Of a stretch of 64,000 bases of DNA, positions 61,403-64,000 are shown one piece after another. Every line of letters starts with the position of its first letter. Positions within the stretch are counted from its first letter, which is position 1. The position numbers and the translations under genes are program-made. The stretch is from Longimicrobiales bacterium. Its GTDB lineage: Bacteria; Gemmatimonadota; Gemmatimonadetes; Longimicrobiales; Gaopeijiaceae. The stretch covers positions 726,324-790,323 of the forward strand of contig OZ252251.1 in assembly GCA_965249725.1 (NCBI GenBank), in the 5' to 3' direction. A model generated the notes under the pieces. That model was not told the DNA's origin and searched no databases. It worked only from the letters and a program-made list of their open reading frames with translations.

Positions 61403-63520
61403 ATGAAGAAGCCGAAGCTCCTCAAGAAGGAGCTCGGCCTGTGGGACGTGTACGCCATCGCGACAGGCGCCACGCTGAGTTCAGGGTTCTTCCTGCTCCC
61501 GGGACTGGCCGCCGTCGGAGCCGGGCCGGGACTGCCGTTGTCGTACCTCTTGGCCGGTCTCCTCATCATCCCTGGCCTCGTCAGCAAGGCGGAGTTGGCC
61601 ACCGCCATGCCGCGAGCGGGGGGAGTGTACTACTTCCTCGATCGAAGCATGGGACCCCTCATGGGTACGGTGGGCGGTTTCGGGACGTGGATCGCGCTCT
61701 CGCTGAAGGCCGCCTTCGCCCTGATCGGGATCGGGGCCTATCTGCGGCTGTTCTTTCCCGAAGTCAACGTCGTACCGATCGCCGTGGGCTTCGCCATCCT
61801 CTTCGGTGCCATCAACGTCCTGGGAGCGAGGAAGTCCACTCGATTCCAGGGGCTGATGGTTCTCGGACTTCTAGCGATCCTCGGCTGGTTCACCGGCACG
61901 GGTCTGATGCACGTGACCCGGAGCAATCTGTCGGGCATGTTCGGGCAGGCGCCGGCTTCCATCGTGTCCACGGCGGGCCTGGTTGTGATCAGCTACATGG
62001 GGCTGACGAAGGTGGCGAGCGTGGCGGAGGAGGTTCGGGACCCCGAGCGCAACCTCCCTCTCGGTATGCTCCTGGCCTTCGGCACGGCCATTCTGGTCTA
62101 TACGGTCGGGACCGCGGTGATGGTAGGAGTCCTTTCGGCAGATACACTGGCACGGGACGGCGGCGATCTGACGCCTGTAGCGACCGTGGCCAGCGTTCTG
62201 GTGGGCCCCTGGGGAAGAGTCCTGGTAACGGGCGCTGCCGTCCTCGCCTTCTCCTCGGTGGCGAACGCGGGAATCCTGAGCGCGTCCCGGTATCCACTGG
62301 CGATGAGCCGAGACAACGTGCTCCCGCGTTTCCTTTCGAAGATCCAGTCCCGCGGAACACCGCTGTACGCGATCTACGCCACGGTGGCTCTGATCCTCGC
62401 TTTCGTTCTGCTCTTCGACCCTACCAAGATCGCCAAGCTCGCCGGGGCCTTCCAGCTCATGATGTTCGGGCTCAGTTGCCTGGCGGTGATCGTCATGAGA
62501 GAGAGCCGCATCGAGTCGTACGACCCGGGCTATCACTCGCCGTTCTACCCCTGGCTTCACGTCTTAGGCGTGCTTGCTCCCTTCTGGATGATCGTGCAGA
62601 TGGGGTTCCTCGCCAGCCTGTTTACGGGAGGTCTCATCGCTTTCGGAGCGATGTGGTATACGTACTACGCTCGTGACCGGGTGGACCGCGAGGGGGCGAT
62701 CCTACACGTCTTCGAGAGGCTCGGCCGGCAACGCGACTCGGGATTGGACCGCGAACTCCGCGAGATCATGAAGGAAAAGGGACTCCGAGATGCGGATCCG
62801 TTCGAAGAGGTGGTCGCAACAGCCCAGATCATCGATGTGCCGGGTGGCACCAGCTTTCGCAACGTCATTTGGGAGGCCGCCGCCTATCTTTCGGAAACGT
62901 GCGACACTTCGGCCAAGAGGCTGGGCGAGGGCTTCCTCAAGGGCACGGTTGTGGGCATGACGCCGGTCTCACACGGGGTGGCGCTCCCCCACCTCCGTCT
63001 CACGACGATCGAGTCCGCCCGACTGGTGCTCGTTCGTTGTCGCGACGGCATCGAGATGGACGTGGAGTCCTCCACTGGGCCCGAGCAGGAACAACCCGAA
63101 CCCGTGCGCGCGGTGTTCTTCCTCGTGAGTCCCGAAAAGGACCCCGGTCAGCACCTTCGCATCTTGGCTCAGATCGCCGGTCGCGTGGATCGGGAGGATT
63201 TCATGGAAGCCTGGCTGTCGGCGTCCAATCACCAGGAGCTGAAAGAGGCCCTGCTGAGAGACGAGAGGGTCTTGGCTGTCACGCTGACCGCCGACACGCC
63301 TGCGGGGTCACTCATCGGCCTGGCCCTGAAGGACGTGGACATGCCCGAGGGCACACTCATTGCCCTGGTGAATCGCGAGTCCGAGGTCATCGTCCCACGA
63401 GGCGCAACCGTGCTCGAGGAGGGCGACCGACTCACCGTGATCGGGGAGCCGGCCGGTGTCCTGATCCTGGGACGTCGCTTCAAGCGGAGACCGTCCGAGT
63501 CGGTGGCGCCTACCGGTTGA
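61403..63520 (+). CDS. APC-family amino acid permease fused to PTS EIIA-like and RCK_C (TrkA-C) domains
   Basis: APC TM core (AELATAMPRAGG, AEEVRDPERNLP); GVALPH; IVPRGATVLEEGDRL. Confidence 0.9.
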   Translation: MKKPKLLKKELGLWDVYAIATGATLSSGFFLLPGLAAVGAGPGLPLSYLLAGLLIIPGLVSKAELATAMPRAGGVYYFLDRSMGPLMGTVGGFGTWIALSLKAAFALIGIGAYLRLFFPEVNVVPIAVGFAILFGAINVLGARKSTRFQGLMVLGLLAILGWFTGTGLMHVTRSNLSGMFGQAPASIVSTAGLVVISYMGLTKVASVAEEVRDPERNLPLGMLLAFGTAILVYTVGTAVMVGVLSADTLARDGGDLTPVATVASVLVGPWGRVLVTGAAVLAFSSVANAGILSASRYPLAMSRDNVLPRFLSKIQSRGTPLYAIYATVALILAFVLLFDPTKIAKLAGAFQLMMFGLSCLAVIVMRESRIESYDPGYHSPFYPWLHVLGVLAPFWMIVQMGFLASLFTGGLIAFGAMWYTYYARDRVDREGAILHVFERLGRQRDSGLDRELREIMKEKGLRDADPFEEVVATAQIIDVPGGTSFRNVIWEAAAYLSETCDTSAKRLGEGFLKGTVVGMTPVSHGVALPHLRLTTIESARLVLVRCRDGIEMDVESSTGPEQEQPEPVRAVFFLVSPEKDPGQHLRILAQIAGRVDREDFMEAWLSASNHQELKEALLRDERVLAVTLTADTPAGSLIGLALKDVDMPEGTLIALVNRESEVIVPRGATVLEEGDRLTVIGEPAGVLILGRRFKRRPSESVAPTG

Positions 63521-63541
63521 TAAGCGCTCGGGCGACGAGAA

Positions 63542-64000
63542 TCAGCCGGACAGCCGTCCGTGCTCAGCCCACGCACAGGCTACGAAACGGCCATGGTGGG
63601 AAAGAGACAGATCCAAGCTCAAGCGCTCGGTGGGTAGGCGCTCGATCCTGCGACGCAACGTGGGGATCCCCTGCTCGGTCACGATCTGAATCTCGTTCGC
63701 AGCGATGTCCATCCAAGACCCGACGGCACTCCGCGCCACCTCCCTGACCCGACGACCCGGGCGACCTGCCTCTCCGAGAACGACGTCCTCCTTATCCACC
63801 AGGTCGATTCGGGAGTCGACGCCTGCTGGGGCGCCACCCGGGCCAGCTATATCTGGGCCAGGAGCCATCAACCGGTCGATCTCCGGTACTGCCACCGCGT
63901 GAAGCCATTCGTCCGCACGTTCGAACCAGATGCGGAAGCGTCCCAGACGGTGGCTTACCTCAGCCCTGGAGTCGTCGAGCAGCCTCACGACAAACTCCTT
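63542..64000 (-). CDS. 4'-phosphopantetheinyl transferase-like protein (5' end outside window)
   Basis: C-terminal GIP...LDLSLSHHGRFVACA; ORF open to the window edge. Confidence 0.65.
   Translation of the reverse strand, partial: KEFVVRLLDDSRAEVSHRLGRFRIWFERADEWLHAVAVPEIDRLMAPGPDIAGPGGAPAGVDSRIDLVDKEDVVLGEAGRPGRRVREVARSAVGSWMDIAANEIQIVTEQGIPTLRRRIERLPTERLSLDLSLSHHGRFVACAWAEHGRLSG

Overview
GC-rich bacterial chromosomal window. Gene content (DUF5916, VPS10-like glycosyl hydrolase, PorV-like barrel, TPR-HD-GYP, DUF4159/MoxR/BatA cluster) is most consistent with a Gemmatimonadota-like genome; this is inference. Bases 1-7.4 kb are a decayed accessory region: an integrase 3' remnant, a low-GC DUF6979-like gene, a RelE/XRE toxin-antitoxin pair, an apparently complete IS110-family (IS1111-group) element, IS3/IS1595/IS481 fragments, gene relics and a secreted HNH nuclease. 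The rest is mostly housekeeping and envelope genes: cyclophilin, ABC transporter, ferritin, a 9-gene MoxR-VWA cluster, hemH/hemG, ettA, TPP riboswitch-thiC, 2-oxoacid:ferredoxin oxidoreductase, guaA, an amidohydrolase and an APC permease. Two candidates for undescribed biology stand out. (1) At 14.2-18.9 kb, a sigma-54-promoted operon encodes a ZU5-like lipoprotein ending in an autoproteolysis-type motif (HF|CGYAVASG), a stand-alone TPR protein, a sigma-54 activator with no sensor domain, and a TPR-HD-GYP phosphodiesterase whose TPR is paralogous to the first; this may be a peptide-release signalling circuit. (2) At 55.5-57.8 kb, a NorC/NorB-like pair has a catalytic subunit with remodelled metal ligands. 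The IS1111 element's 3' non-coding end also contains segments matching its reconstructed target and donor sites, as expected for a bridge/seek RNA. No CRISPR array, tRNA or rRNA was recognised. All family assignments come from motif recognition by eye, not database searches.
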